Below, in pieces: positions 1 through 8,714 of a stretch of DNA of 64,000 bases (its first letter is position 1; each line of letters opens with the position of its first letter). Location of the stretch: contig JAIYEG010000006.1 in NCBI GenBank assembly GCA_027487075.1, positions 4,468-68,467 on the forward strand, in the 5' to 3' direction. Made by a program: the position numbers and the translations under genes. A model generated the notes under the pieces. That model was not told where the DNA came from and searched no databases. It saw nothing but the letters and a program-made list of their open reading frames with translations. This DNA comes from a bacterium. Its GTDB lineage: Bacteria; Patescibacteriota; Minisyncoccia; Phycocordibacterales; CALRBL01.

Positions 1-64
1 TAGGAATCGAACCTACGACCATCTCCTTAAAAGGGAGCCGCTCTACCGACTGAGCTACGGGCGC
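1..64 (-). tRNA. tRNA-Lys (anticodon TTT), 3' end truncated by window edge
   Basis: Reverse complement reads GCGCCCGTAGCTCAGTCGGTAGAGCGGCTCCCTTTTAAGGAGATGGTCGTAGGTTCGATTCCTA; cloverleaf with anticodon loop CTTTTAA. Confidence 0.8.
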
Positions 65-110
65 AATAACACACAAGAAGTGCGCGTGAATGCCACTTTA
101 TCACAAAAAT

Positions 111-542
111 TTATAGCGGCAAATCAAATGCAAAAGGTCCTGCACCAGTGAGAAGTAGCGAAAGTGCAATCACGAGAAGAAGGGTGAGTTCGGCGCGTGC
201 GATCTCGTTGGTGAGGCGAGCGCGCTTGTCGAAGATAGATGCACACATAAGAATGGCGATGATGAGTGCAAATATTTGGGTATAGAGACCAATAAGAAGA
301 AACACTCCAGCAATAATGAAAGCGCTGCGATACGTCATTTCACCAACAGTGAGCTCTTTTTTGACTTCAGCGACGGATCCTTCACCAGCAATAATACGGA
401 CATTCTTATGATGAGCAGAAAAGCCAATAGCAATCACATAAATGGCAAGAACACAGCGAAGTAAGAGGGGCGCATAAAAAGAAAAATCGAGTAATTCGGG
501 GAAGGGTGTGACAAACGTAGGCATGATGCTAGTATACGGCAC
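111..542 (-). CDS. small hypothetical integral membrane protein (143 aa)
   Basis: ORF with several hydrophobic helices; no recognisable motif. Confidence 0.5.
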   Translation of the reverse strand: MPYTSIMPTFVTPFPELLDFSFYAPLLLRCVLAIYVIAIGFSAHHKNVRIIAGEGSVAEVKKELTVGEMTYRSAFIIAGVFLLIGLYTQIFALIIAILMCASIFDKRARLTNEIARAELTLLLVIALSLLLTGAGPFAFDLPL

Positions 543-1025
543 ATGGTGAAAAACTCAATCAAACTCGCGCTCGTACTCCATGATCTTAGAAGTGTGCAGA
601 ACGTGGCAACGCTGTTTCGCACCGCAGACTGTGCAGGTGTTTCAAAACTGTTTTTGGTGGGTACGACGCCGACACCGATAGATCGTTTCAAGCGGTTGCG
701 TGGCGACTTTGCCAAAATTTCCCTAGGCGCTGAAACGACGGTGCCTTATGAATATGTTGCGACGATTGATGAACTCATGGAGAAATTTAAAGAAGAGGGC
801 TATCAGCTTGTTGCGCTTGAACAGAGTAAAGAGTCGATCGACTACAAGACATTTGCCCCAACAGGGAATGTGGCACTCATGGTGGGGAATGAAGTTTCAG
901 GTGTTCCGCACGATGTGCTTACTCAGTGCGATCAGGTGATAGAGATACCTATGATGGGTACAAAGGAGTCACTCAATGTTTCAATTGCTGCGGCTGTTGC
1001 GGTGTTTCGCGTGATGAATATTTAG
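543..1025 (+). CDS. SpoU/TrmH-family RNA 2'-O-methyltransferase (SPOUT fold)
   Basis: Motifs LVLHDLRSVQNVATLFRTADCAGV and GNEVSGVP...IEIPMMG...SLNVSIAAAVAVF typical of SpoU methylases. Confidence 0.8.
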   Translation: MVKNSIKLALVLHDLRSVQNVATLFRTADCAGVSKLFLVGTTPTPIDRFKRLRGDFAKISLGAETTVPYEYVATIDELMEKFKEEGYQLVALEQSKESIDYKTFAPTGNVALMVGNEVSGVPHDVLTQCDQVIEIPMMGTKESLNVSIAAAVAVFRVMNI

Positions 1026-1194
1026 GATGGTGATAGAATGGGTGGCGAATGAAAATCCTCATGCTCCTTTTAGGTGCTCAGTCACCAAAGCCAAAAAAAG
1101 AGAAACCTCCCAAAACGGACCCACCGCTCGCGGACTAGTCATCTTAAGCAGAACGTCATGCCCCCCGTCCGCTCGTCGGATGGGGGTTCATGTT

Positions 1195-2127
1195 TTATCG
1201 ATACAACACCTGATGGGTGTCACAAAAATGTCCGCTTCGTCCGCGAATTACTTTGCGTTTGATGGCGCCTTTGCATCCACGCTTCAGACAGGTAGTGCCG
1301 GTGCGTCGATATGCCTGATGATGTTCTTGGAACTCACCGCGCTCACCATCGAGATTGCGATAGTCCGACATAGAGTCGCCACCAAAATCAATACCTTTCT
1401 TCAGTGTTTCTTTCATGGCGGTATACATAAGCTCGACATTTTTCTTTGGAATCTTGGCAAACACCGACTCGGGGTGTACGTGTGCGCGCCACAACATCTC
1501 ATCGGAATAAATATTGCCAATACCCGCAATGAGCCCCTGATCCATGAGCGCGCTCTTTATCGGAGTGTGAGGTCGACGTGAAAGACGCTCGATAAATTTT
1601 TTGAGGGTGAACGAGGGAAGGAGAGGTTCGGGTCCGAGATGTGCGGTGTGAAGCGATGCCTCAAGGTCTTCGGTGGGTATGAGGGTGACTTTTGCAAACT
1701 TACGCATATCAGAAAGTGCGAGGTGGGTGGTGGCACCGCCTTTGCTTAAGGTAAATACTAAATGGATATGGCGATTGAAGGGGTCTTTCAGAGGTCCATC
1801 TTCAGTCGGTGTCCATGGATCTTTCTTTTTTGCGGCGTCGAACGCATACGTGCCATAGAGAAGGTGGCCGGTCATTTTCATGTGAATGAGGAGGGTGTAG
1901 TTGTTCGAAAGATGAATGAAAATGTTTTTCGCGCGACGATCAACTCCGATAATCTTGGCTACTCTTACCAGCGAAGCAAACACGTCAAAGTATGCAGCAT
2001 TTTTGATGTTCTCTTTTCCTTTATGAAAGCTGCTTCCGTAGTCAGTCCAACAGTCGGTAATAGTAGAGCCGACTACGTAACGACGCAGTCCTCGGACAGT
2101 AGTTTCGACTTCTGGTAATTCTGGCAT
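1195..2127 (-). CDS. mutM: formamidopyrimidine-DNA glycosylase (Fpg/MutM)
   Basis: N-terminal MPELPEVETTVRGL after trimming the ORF-track N-extension; C-terminal zinc finger CLKRGCKG...RGRSGHFCDTHQ. Confidence 0.85.
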   Translation of the reverse strand: MPELPEVETTVRGLRRYVVGSTITDCWTDYGSSFHKGKENIKNAAYFDVFASLVRVAKIIGVDRRAKNIFIHLSNNYTLLIHMKMTGHLLYGTYAFDAAKKKDPWTPTEDGPLKDPFNRHIHLVFTLSKGGATTHLALSDMRKFAKVTLIPTEDLEASLHTAHLGPEPLLPSFTLKKFIERLSRRPHTPIKSALMDQGLIAGIGNIYSDEMLWRAHVHPESVFAKIPKKNVELMYTAMKETLKKGIDFGGDSMSDYRNLDGERGEFQEHHQAYRRTGTTCLKRGCKGAIKRKVIRGRSGHFCDTHQVLYR

Positions 2128-3015
2128 ATGATGGAGCATATCATAGCTATGAAATCCACTCACATTCTGTTTATTACGTGCATCATTGTGCTCATCGCAA
2201 TGTGGCCACTCGTGACGAAAGATGGATCGATAAATACGTTGAATCAAGGTCAGACGAACTCAGGTCAAAAAATCAAACTTCTCATTGTCCCTGGCCACGA
2301 ACCCAATGATGGTGGTGCCATATATCTTGATCGCAAAGAGCGCGACATGGTGCTCATACTTTCGCGAGAGCTTCAGCAGCTGTTTGCGACAGATAAGCGA
2401 TTTGAGGTGATGGTCGCTCGCGATGAGTCTGGCTTCACGCCGACATTTCAATCGTATTTTGATGCCAATGCAGATACTATTAAGTTGTGGCAAGCGCAGA
2501 AGAAAAAAGAGACAGTCGAACTCATCACATCAGGTACTCTTAAGGAGATAAAAGAAATTGAGCACAATCGTGCGTCTGATGTAGCAGCTCTGCATCTGTA
2601 TGGCATCAATAAATGGCTCAATGATCAGCGTTATGATCTCGTGGTACATCTTCATATCAATGATGATAATCGCAAGAAGCGAAAAACTCCGGGGAAGTAC
2701 AAAGGTTTCTCAATATACATACCCGAAAAGCAATTCACTGCATCAGCGAAGTCTCGCATGGTGGCTGAATCAATTAAAAAAGAGTTAGAGCAACACTTCG
2801 CAACAAGCACACTTGCATCAGAGAAGGGGACAGTCCTTGAATCGCAAAAACTTATTGCAACAGGTCGCTATCAAACACTCGATATTCCGTCGGTGCTCAT
2901 TGAGTATGGGTATATCTACGAACCTCACTTTGAGAGGGGTGCGTTTGAACAGGGTGTAGCACAGCAGATGGCAGAAGACACGTATCGTGGCATTACGAAC
3001 GTCCTATTTCCTTGA
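2128..3015 (+). CDS. N-acetylmuramoyl-L-alanine amidase (Amidase_3 family) with N-terminal membrane anchor
   Basis: LLIVPGHEPNDGGAIY and VVHLHINDDN motifs resemble MurNAc-LAA zinc amidases; true start may be the internal Met at 2149. Confidence 0.65.
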   Translation: MMEHIIAMKSTHILFITCIIVLIAMWPLVTKDGSINTLNQGQTNSGQKIKLLIVPGHEPNDGGAIYLDRKERDMVLILSRELQQLFATDKRFEVMVARDESGFTPTFQSYFDANADTIKLWQAQKKKETVELITSGTLKEIKEIEHNRASDVAALHLYGINKWLNDQRYDLVVHLHINDDNRKKRKTPGKYKGFSIYIPEKQFTASAKSRMVAESIKKELEQHFATSTLASEKGTVLESQKLIATGRYQTLDIPSVLIEYGYIYEPHFERGAFEQGVAQQMAEDTYRGITNVLFP

Positions 3016-3574
3016 GTGCTTGCTTGATCATGTCTTCAGTGCCAAGGTCTTTGTCCATTTTTTTCACCGCATCTCGTGCCTCACGTTCATCAAAACCGAG
3101 TGACTTAAGTGCTTCGACAGCAAGTGCTTCTTTGGTGACGTCTTTTCCTGAAGGGGTAGGACCGTAATCGTCTTTGAATTTTCCTTTGAGCTCAAGTACG
3201 ATTTTTTCCGCACTCTTTTTGCCAATCCCTGACACTTTAGTGAGGTATGAAATGTCTTCACTTACAATAGCTTCACGGAGCGTGTGTGCTGATGCGAGGC
3301 CGAGGATGCCAAGAGCAGACTTTGGTCCAATCCCTGAGACGGTGATGAGAAGTTCGAACATGTCGAGAGTTTCTTGGTTTTTGAAGCCGTAGAGGTCGAG
3401 AGCAGTTTCGCGTACGGCAAGATAGGTGAAAAGGGAAACCTGTTGACCAATATTGCCCGCGAGAGCTTCGAGACACTCGCCTCCAACATAGACTTTATAG
3501 CCAACACCCGCTACGTCGATAATAGCTGCCTTGAGGTCCAGATGGATAAGTGTCCCAGAAATGCGTGAAATCAT
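2993..3574 (-). CDS. ruvA: Holliday junction branch-migration protein RuvA
   Basis: MISRISGTL...VGGVGYKV...TVSGIGPKSALGIL...VSGIGKKSAEKIVLELKGK; start trimmed to the ATG at 3574. Confidence 0.9.
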   Translation of the reverse strand: MISRISGTLIHLDLKAAIIDVAGVGYKVYVGGECLEALAGNIGQQVSLFTYLAVRETALDLYGFKNQETLDMFELLITVSGIGPKSALGILGLASAHTLREAIVSEDISYLTKVSGIGKKSAEKIVLELKGKFKDDYGPTPSGKDVTKEALAVEALKSLGFDEREARDAVKKMDKDLGTEDMIKQALKEIGRS

Positions 3575-3614
3575 TGTGGTCACATTATAGCGTAAAAGAC
3601 CAAGTAGTAAGAGG

Positions 3615-3729
3615 GCTTCTCTGAGATGTTCTTCCGTAAGGAGACTTGCGAGGCTCGACGGAGTGAGCACGAGGAATTTTCTAGTAAGAAAATATCCGTG
3701 CTCCTGGAGGAAGAATATATCAGAGAAGC
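3615..3729. repeat. structured intergenic repeat element, copy A (conserved core inside a locus-specific inverted repeat)
   Basis: Arms GCTTCTCTGAGATGTTCTTCC / GGAAGAATATATCAGAGAAGC flank the core CGACGGAGTGAGCACGAGGAATTTTCTAGTAAGAAAATATCCGTGCTCCTGG. Core is near-identical to the copy at 37468-37535 (opposite strand) and homologous to copies at 11266, 29229, 31342 and 45130. Confidence 0.8.
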
Positions 3730-3775
3730 TGGTTAATACTTTGCATTCTTATGCTTTATGTGGTAATTTCTCCCT

Positions 3776-4039
3776 ATGCCAATTACATCATCAGCTAAAA
3801 AGGCGCTCCGATCTTCAAAGCGCAAGCGAATCGTCAATCTCGCTGCCAAGGAAAAGTATGCAAAGGCAGTGAAGACGGTGAAAAAGCTTGTCGTAGCAAA
3901 GACCAAGGAGGGAACAAAAGAAGCGCTTTCTCTTGCCTATAAGGCACTCGATAAAGCAGCTAAGAAGGGGGTGATCAAGAAGAACACCGCTTCTCGCCGA
4001 AAGGCTCGCCTTGCTAAAGCAATCAAGAAGCTTAGCTAA
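3776..4039 (+). CDS. rpsT: 30S ribosomal protein S20
   Basis: Lys/Ala-rich 87 aa protein MPITSSAKKALRSSKRKR...ARLAKAIKKLS. Confidence 0.9.
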   Translation: MPITSSAKKALRSSKRKRIVNLAAKEKYAKAVKTVKKLVVAKTKEGTKEALSLAYKALDKAAKKGVIKKNTASRRKARLAKAIKKLS

Positions 4040-4056
4040 TACGTGCATCGCACATC

Positions 4057-4092
4057 AAAAAACCGCCCTTAGCATAGCTTCGGCGGTTTTTT
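4057..4092. terminator. Rho-independent terminator (bidirectional position)
   Basis: AAAAAACCGCCC...GGCGGTTTTTT hairpin plus U-tract between convergent rpsT and the 4114-4719 ORF. Confidence 0.7.
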
Positions 4093-4113
4093 GATGTTGA
4101 GTTGAGATTTTCT

Positions 4114-4719
4114 TTACTTCTTGGTGAAGATTGCCTGAGGAGCAGCTTTTTTAGTATTTGGCTGGAGTTTGTCCCACATCACAGTGACGTGTTTATCGTC
4201 GGTTCGAGTGAGAGTAAAAAGAGTATCTCCTTTGGTAAATTTTTTAGTGGTATTCGATCCAAGTACTGAGTTGTCGTAGGTATCGAAGGTCACTTTATAT
4301 GTTCCATCGTCTTGTGTTTCAAGAATAGTGGTGAAGCGGAGTTGGGTCTGGAAGCCGTCGACTTTCATGTAGCCTCGGACAGGGTCGGTGTCGGCGGTAA
4401 TGTCATAAGAGTATTGCCATCGCTGAGTAGGGCTCGCTGATTCATCAAAGTAGTAGGTACCAAATTGTGTTGCTTCAGAGTCGGCGGGAAGTTTTGATTG
4501 GGGGTGAGTCATAGGCACCTGCACCATTGAAGTTTCTTCGATATAGTAGGTCGACATTGCACGGACTTGCTCATACTGTACGCCGATACAGAAACAGAGA
4601 GTGGGGATGACACCGAGAGCAAAAATAATCCACATCAGTTTTGAATACCAGGTAACTTCGTTGAGTTTGATCATGTTTGTAATATAACATGATTTTATGT
4701 GCGGTGCTCTACGAGGCAT
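4114..4719 (-). CDS. hypothetical membrane-anchored secreted protein
   Basis: N-terminal TM helix then soluble domain; start may be the internal Met (MIKLNEV). Confidence 0.5.
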   Translation of the reverse strand: MPRRAPHIKSCYITNMIKLNEVTWYSKLMWIIFALGVIPTLCFCIGVQYEQVRAMSTYYIEETSMVQVPMTHPQSKLPADSEATQFGTYYFDESASPTQRWQYSYDITADTDPVRGYMKVDGFQTQLRFTTILETQDDGTYKVTFDTYDNSVLGSNTTKKFTKGDTLFTLTRTDDKHVTVMWDKLQPNTKKAAPQAIFTKK

Positions 4720-4809
4720 CCATCGCTCCTTACAGGAGCAGTACCCCGATTGGATACTCTGCTTCGGCTCGAATACTCGCCTCGCATAGTATGCTCAATT
4801 TATTCGCTG

Positions 4810-4881
4810 TGCTCTCGGCAGGAATCGAACCTGCATTACAACTTCCGCAAAGTTGCGTCCTATCCATTGAACGACGAAAGC
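4810..4881 (-). tRNA. tRNA-Arg (anticodon GCG)
   Basis: GCTTTCGTCGTTCAATGGATAGGACGCAACTTTGCGGAAGTTGTAATGCAGGTTCGATTCCTGCCGAGAGCA; perfect 5-bp anticodon stem, loop TTGCGGA, no encoded CCA. Confidence 0.75.
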
Positions 4882-4910
4882 ATATGACTAACGGTACTCG
4901 GCACTATACA

Positions 4911-5411
4911 CTAAAATCCGAGCCATTCAAGTACTCGGTGACCGAGACTTTCCATGTGTTCACCCTCCTCGAGGAAGATAGAAAGATATTCACGAACATC
5001 CTCAGGGTGTACTTCGGCGATAGGGATTACGATGAGGGGCATCAATGATTTCTTTGATTTGATAAAGATTTTTGCAAAGGTGCCGATGTCAGTTTCGTGA
5101 GTTTCGATATCAAATGATTCGAGGGTTTTGTAAGGGTAGAAGGTGCGATCAATCTTGACTCCGCGCTCGTTCAACGTGATTTTTACCAGTTTTGGTTCAT
5201 GATGGTGTGCATGAACAGCGAGTGAGATTGCCGCTACGATGACGAGAAGTGCAAAAATTGCATTTCCAAATATGATTGATGCCCCCGCAATCGCAAGACT
5301 GATAACAAAGAGTGCCCAATACCAATCGGGGGTCTTTGGTTCATGAAGGTACTCGTACGCTTGCCATGTAATCGAAGATTCCATACCGTAAGTATATACT
5401 ATGACTCTCAC
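4911..5411 (-). CDS. hypothetical membrane protein
   Basis: Two TM helices plus His-rich segment HAHHHEP; no family assigned. Confidence 0.5.
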   Translation of the reverse strand: MRVIVYTYGMESSITWQAYEYLHEPKTPDWYWALFVISLAIAGASIIFGNAIFALLVIVAAISLAVHAHHHEPKLVKITLNERGVKIDRTFYPYKTLESFDIETHETDIGTFAKIFIKSKKSLMPLIVIPIAEVHPEDVREYLSIFLEEGEHMESLGHRVLEWLGF

Positions 5412-5438
5412 GTTCGAAAGCGTGTTAACATATAATCA

Positions 5439-6227
5439 ATGAAAAAAATAATTCTAGGAGCACTATTCACACTCCTTGGTATAGGCTCTTTGTTTGTATA
5501 TGAGCGTAATAAAGAACTACTCTATAGTAGTAAGAGTAAGGAATATTTTTTTCATGAGCAAATCAAGAGAGAGGATAATGTTTTTTATCTGGTGTTTAAC
5601 AGTATGGGTCAGCACATTGCTTCAGCTCTTGGTATCCACAAAGAAGTCATTCTTCTCCCTATACCGTTCAAGAGGCAAGAGAATGCACTTACCTGTGAAA
5701 TAGCTTCTTTGCGTATGGCTTTGAGTTATGTTGGTGTTGAGGTAACCGAAAAAGAATTGGTAGATCGCATAGCATATAGCGCTACTACCTCGAAAAGTCA
5801 TTTAAATGTGTGGGGGGATCCTCAGAAAGGTTTTGTGGGAGATGTGAATGGTTCAGTGATGCTCGGTACGGGATACGGAGTATATAATAAGCCCATAAGA
5901 GATCTAGCCCTTAACTATCATCATGCAGAAATAATGGAAGAGCCGACCATTGAAAACCTGCTTACGAATACACAACAAGGAAGACCTGTGATCGTGTGGG
6001 GTATCAGTAAAAGTAGAACTCCTATTTACTGGTTTTCGTACGAAGGTGATCTTATAAAAGCATGGAGAGGAGAGCATGCTCGGGTTGTTATGGGGTATGT
6101 GGGAACTATGACAAATCCAACCCACATTGTTTTAATGGATCCTTTGTATGGAAAAGTAAAAATAAACACTGCTCAATTTATTGAGGACTGGGCAAGATTA
6201 GATTATATGGCGGTGGTGGTGGGGTAA
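5439..6227 (+). CDS. C39-like (papain-fold) cysteine peptidase domain protein with N-terminal TM/signal
   Basis: QENALTCEIASLRMALSYVG (catalytic Cys context) and GEHARVVMGYVG (His) as in Peptidase_C39_2 / YvpB-like proteins. Confidence 0.6.
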   Translation: MKKIILGALFTLLGIGSLFVYERNKELLYSSKSKEYFFHEQIKREDNVFYLVFNSMGQHIASALGIHKEVILLPIPFKRQENALTCEIASLRMALSYVGVEVTEKELVDRIAYSATTSKSHLNVWGDPQKGFVGDVNGSVMLGTGYGVYNKPIRDLALNYHHAEIMEEPTIENLLTNTQQGRPVIVWGISKSRTPIYWFSYEGDLIKAWRGEHARVVMGYVGTMTNPTHIVLMDPLYGKVKINTAQFIEDWARLDYMAVVVG

Positions 6228-6231
6228 CGCT

Positions 6232-6855
6232 TTAATTTTTGTAAGAACTCAAAATAAGCGCTTTATCTTTTTTATATTTTTCAACAAGTGCGAGCTCTGT
6301 TGCGGTGAGAGGGATTGCCTCACCATAGCAAGAGACATGTTCAGGTAAGTCTCCAAGATTGTTGAATGCATCAGCTAGTGCGGTAAATGTAGAACCCTCT
6401 AAGCCTTCAGAGACAATGTCTGCAATTCGTTCAGGATAGTTTGTGGTAACCCACTCACAGAATTCTTTGCTCAACATTTTCTTTATCACAATTCCTTTGG
6501 GTACATTCTCATCAAGAAGGGGGTCAGATATGCGGACTTCACACAGTGCGCTGAGTGTATCGCTGGGATTGAGTGAGTCTGAAAGATTGGTAATTGCCCA
6601 GACGAGATGTCTATTAAGCTCTTCCATCTTTCGTTCGCCTTCGAGGGTGAGCGTGTGTTCTTTTGTGGGAGGTTCGATTCTGTCGTATACGGCGTATTCT
6701 TCGGTGAGAGGTCTTGTCGAAAGTTTACCATCTTGTGGAGGAGTAAGTTTTTCAGCAAGCACTCCCGCGCCAAACGCGAGAGCAGCAACCATGCCGTAAT
6801 TAAGACGACTCACGATCTCTCTGAGTTGTTCTTGATGTTTTTTAAATGATTCCAT
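6232..6855 (-). CDS. hypothetical protein
   Basis: 207 aa ORF with coherent codon usage and no recognisable motif. Confidence 0.5.
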   Translation of the reverse strand: MESFKKHQEQLREIVSRLNYGMVAALAFGAGVLAEKLTPPQDGKLSTRPLTEEYAVYDRIEPPTKEHTLTLEGERKMEELNRHLVWAITNLSDSLNPSDTLSALCEVRISDPLLDENVPKGIVIKKMLSKEFCEWVTTNYPERIADIVSEGLEGSTFTALADAFNNLGDLPEHVSCYGEAIPLTATELALVEKYKKDKALILSSYKN

Positions 6856-6979
6856 ATATATGTGTATAAAGTTATATACGGAATAATATCATGAAGAGAG
6901 AGGTGGAGAGAATATTTGTGTTGAAGGAATGGTTAAATGTTATTGAAAAAGTAAAACCAGAATGAATGTGGCAATATAA

Positions 6980-7624
6980 CTAATTAAATAAATCCTCACA
7001 TTCCTTCTTTAATTCATAATCTGCACTGATGTTGTCACATAATTGTGAATCATTAATTTCTTTTGCAATAAAAAAATAACAAACTTCTCTGTCTTTTTTA
7101 TCGGAGAGTGTCTCACATAATGATTTGTTCCTTGTATTTATAGCAATTTTTATGTAGCAATTGTATTTAGCAGGTTCATATCCGCCAAGAGTGGGGGCAT
7201 ACTTACATAGAGATACATCATTTGTATCAGTGGCCAATTTAAAGTAGCAGTATTTTTTAGAAAATTCACCTTTGTCTCCACTTAAAGCATTTGTTTCATG
7301 AAGCAATTTTTGGCAAAGCTGAGGATTTTTTTGTGCCATAGCATCATTAAAATAGATAATACGTTGATTAATAAGGTAAAAATGAAATACGTTTATTAAT
7401 AAAGTGATTACTCCAATCGTAATTAATAAAACAAATTGTTTTCTAGTATGTAACTTTTCCAATAAAATATATACAAATGCGGCTGTGATAATCCCTCCCC
7501 ACCATGTATAACGAGCGTATTCCTCTAATGAATAGTAAACTAAAATTCTACTAATGGTCTCAAATAATAAAAATGAAGATACGAGTGAAATAATTCCAGC
7601 TGTAAAGTTTTTTTGGCTTAACAT
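6980..7624 (-). CDS. hypothetical membrane protein with Cys-rich repeated C-terminal domain
   Basis: Four TM helices then repeated C-x(n)-C spacing (CYFKL..CKY..CYIK..CETL..CYFF..CDN..CEDL); gene is markedly AT-rich. Confidence 0.5.
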   Translation of the reverse strand: MLSQKNFTAGIISLVSSFLLFETISRILVYYSLEEYARYTWWGGIITAAFVYILLEKLHTRKQFVLLITIGVITLLINVFHFYLINQRIIYFNDAMAQKNPQLCQKLLHETNALSGDKGEFSKKYCYFKLATDTNDVSLCKYAPTLGGYEPAKYNCYIKIAINTRNKSLCETLSDKKDREVCYFFIAKEINDSQLCDNISADYELKKECEDLFN

Positions 7625-7656
7625 ACTTTATTTTATTAAGTATATCAGGTAATCAG

Positions 7657-7743
7657 CGGATGGGGTGAGATTCGAACTCACGGTACCCTTGCGAGCACGA
7701 CAGTTTTCAAGACTGTTGCCTTAAACCACTCGGCCACCCATCC
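7657..7743 (-). tRNA. tRNA-Ser (anticodon TGA)
   Basis: GGATGGGTGGCCGAGTGGTTTAAGGCAACAGTCTTGAAAACTGTCGTGCTCGCAAGGGTACCGTGAGTTCGAATCTCACCCCATCCG; long variable arm, loop CTTGAAA. Confidence 0.85.
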
Positions 7744-7815
7744 GTGCAAGGCATGGTAGCAAAAAAGACGAAACAGCACAATGACGGTCTTATATATGTA
7801 TGGTAAGCTCGGTTT

Positions 7816-8211
7816 ATGAAATATCTCGGTATTGATTTTGGTGACAAACACGTAGGAGTTGCTGTCTCAAACGATGGTGGCACAATGGCGTTCCCGCTCA
7901 CGACGCTTGATGGTGGGACAGGGCTTATAGATGAGGTCTCAAAGCTCATCGAAGAAAAGGGGGTTCAAGCGGTGGTCATCGGGGAATCAAAAGATTTTCA
8001 GGGACAGGACAATAAAATTATGAAGAAAGCTCGCGTATTTGCGGAGGAGCTAGCTCAGAAAACTTCAAAAAAGGTGCCTGTCCCCATTTACTTTGAACCC
8101 GAGTTTATGACTTCAGTAGAGGCGCGACTCATTCAGGGAGGGGGAGAAAAGACGCATGCCTCGGCAGCGGCACTCATCCTCAAGAGTTATCTCGACAGAA
8201 AAAACAATTAA
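7816..8211 (+). CDS. ruvX: Holliday junction resolvase-like protein RuvX/YqgF
   Basis: MKYLGIDFGDKHVGVAVSN... diagnostic YqgF N-terminus. Confidence 0.85.
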   Translation: MKYLGIDFGDKHVGVAVSNDGGTMAFPLTTLDGGTGLIDEVSKLIEEKGVQAVVIGESKDFQGQDNKIMKKARVFAEELAQKTSKKVPVPIYFEPEFMTSVEARLIQGGGEKTHASAAALILKSYLDRKNN

Positions 8212-8226
8212 TATATAAATAGACAC

Positions 8227-8556
8227 ATGATCACTATCGACGACTTTAAAAAAGTAGAAATTAAAATTGGCACCGTAGTAAGTGCAGAAAAGGTAGAAGG
8301 GGCTGACAAGCTCATTCGTTGTATGGTGGACTTCGGCGAAGAGGCTCCACGACAGATTCTTTCGGGTATCGCTATGCATTTTCCAGATCCCTCAGTGCTC
8401 GTGGGAAAAAGTTTTCCTTATGTCACCAATCTCGAACCTCGCACGATCCGTGGTTTTGAAAGCAACGGCATGATCATGGCAGCATCAGATAGCGATGGTG
8501 GTTTTGCACTCCTTTCTCCCACTGCTCCCATCAAACCCGGAACCCTCCTCTCGTAG
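8227..8556 (+). CDS. tRNA-binding domain protein (CsaA/Trbp111-like OB fold)
   Basis: FKKVEIKIGTVVSAEKVEGADKLIRCMVDFGEE resembles the MetRS C-terminal / EMAP tRNA-binding domain. Confidence 0.65.
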   Translation: MITIDDFKKVEIKIGTVVSAEKVEGADKLIRCMVDFGEEAPRQILSGIAMHFPDPSVLVGKSFPYVTNLEPRTIRGFESNGMIMAASDSDGGFALLSPTAPIKPGTLLS

Positions 8557-8714
8557 GCAACAGATGGATTGTCAGCATGAAAGAGAAAGAAATACCTAAA
8601 GCAATGTGTTGCGGAGTGCTGGGCACGAGCATAGCAAATTTTTACCAGAAAATTATGCGCGCATTGCGTAGGTATTTTCTTTTTCTCTTTCATGCTGTGA
8701 TATAATTTCTTTCG

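Noticed and set aside
1027-1581. Long antisense or alternative-frame ORFs inside mutM, recA, ftsK, ileS and others (e.g. 1027-1581, 46410-46778, 33012-33335)
   Set aside because: They sit opposite or overlap strongly motif-supported genes and have low-complexity or no motifs.
2128-3670. N-terminal extensions suggested by the ORF track for mutM (to 2247), ruvA (to 3670), dut (from 28646), rplJ (from 57025), pilN (from 9745) and the PG-binding protein (from 51266)
   Set aside because: Conserved family N-termini (MPELPEVE, MISRISGTL, MQIKIKRLHPD, MPITKEQ, MLNLLPE, signal peptide) and upstream stop codons of neighbouring genes favour the shorter starts.
3663-3872. 69-aa ORF, and 37269-37541 (minus) 90-aa ORF, sharing the peptide STRNFLVRKYPCS
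   Set aside because: The shared peptide is just the translation of the conserved repeat core in opposite orientations. The ORFs use a GTG start, overlap rpsT out of frame, and have no coding signal outside the repeat.
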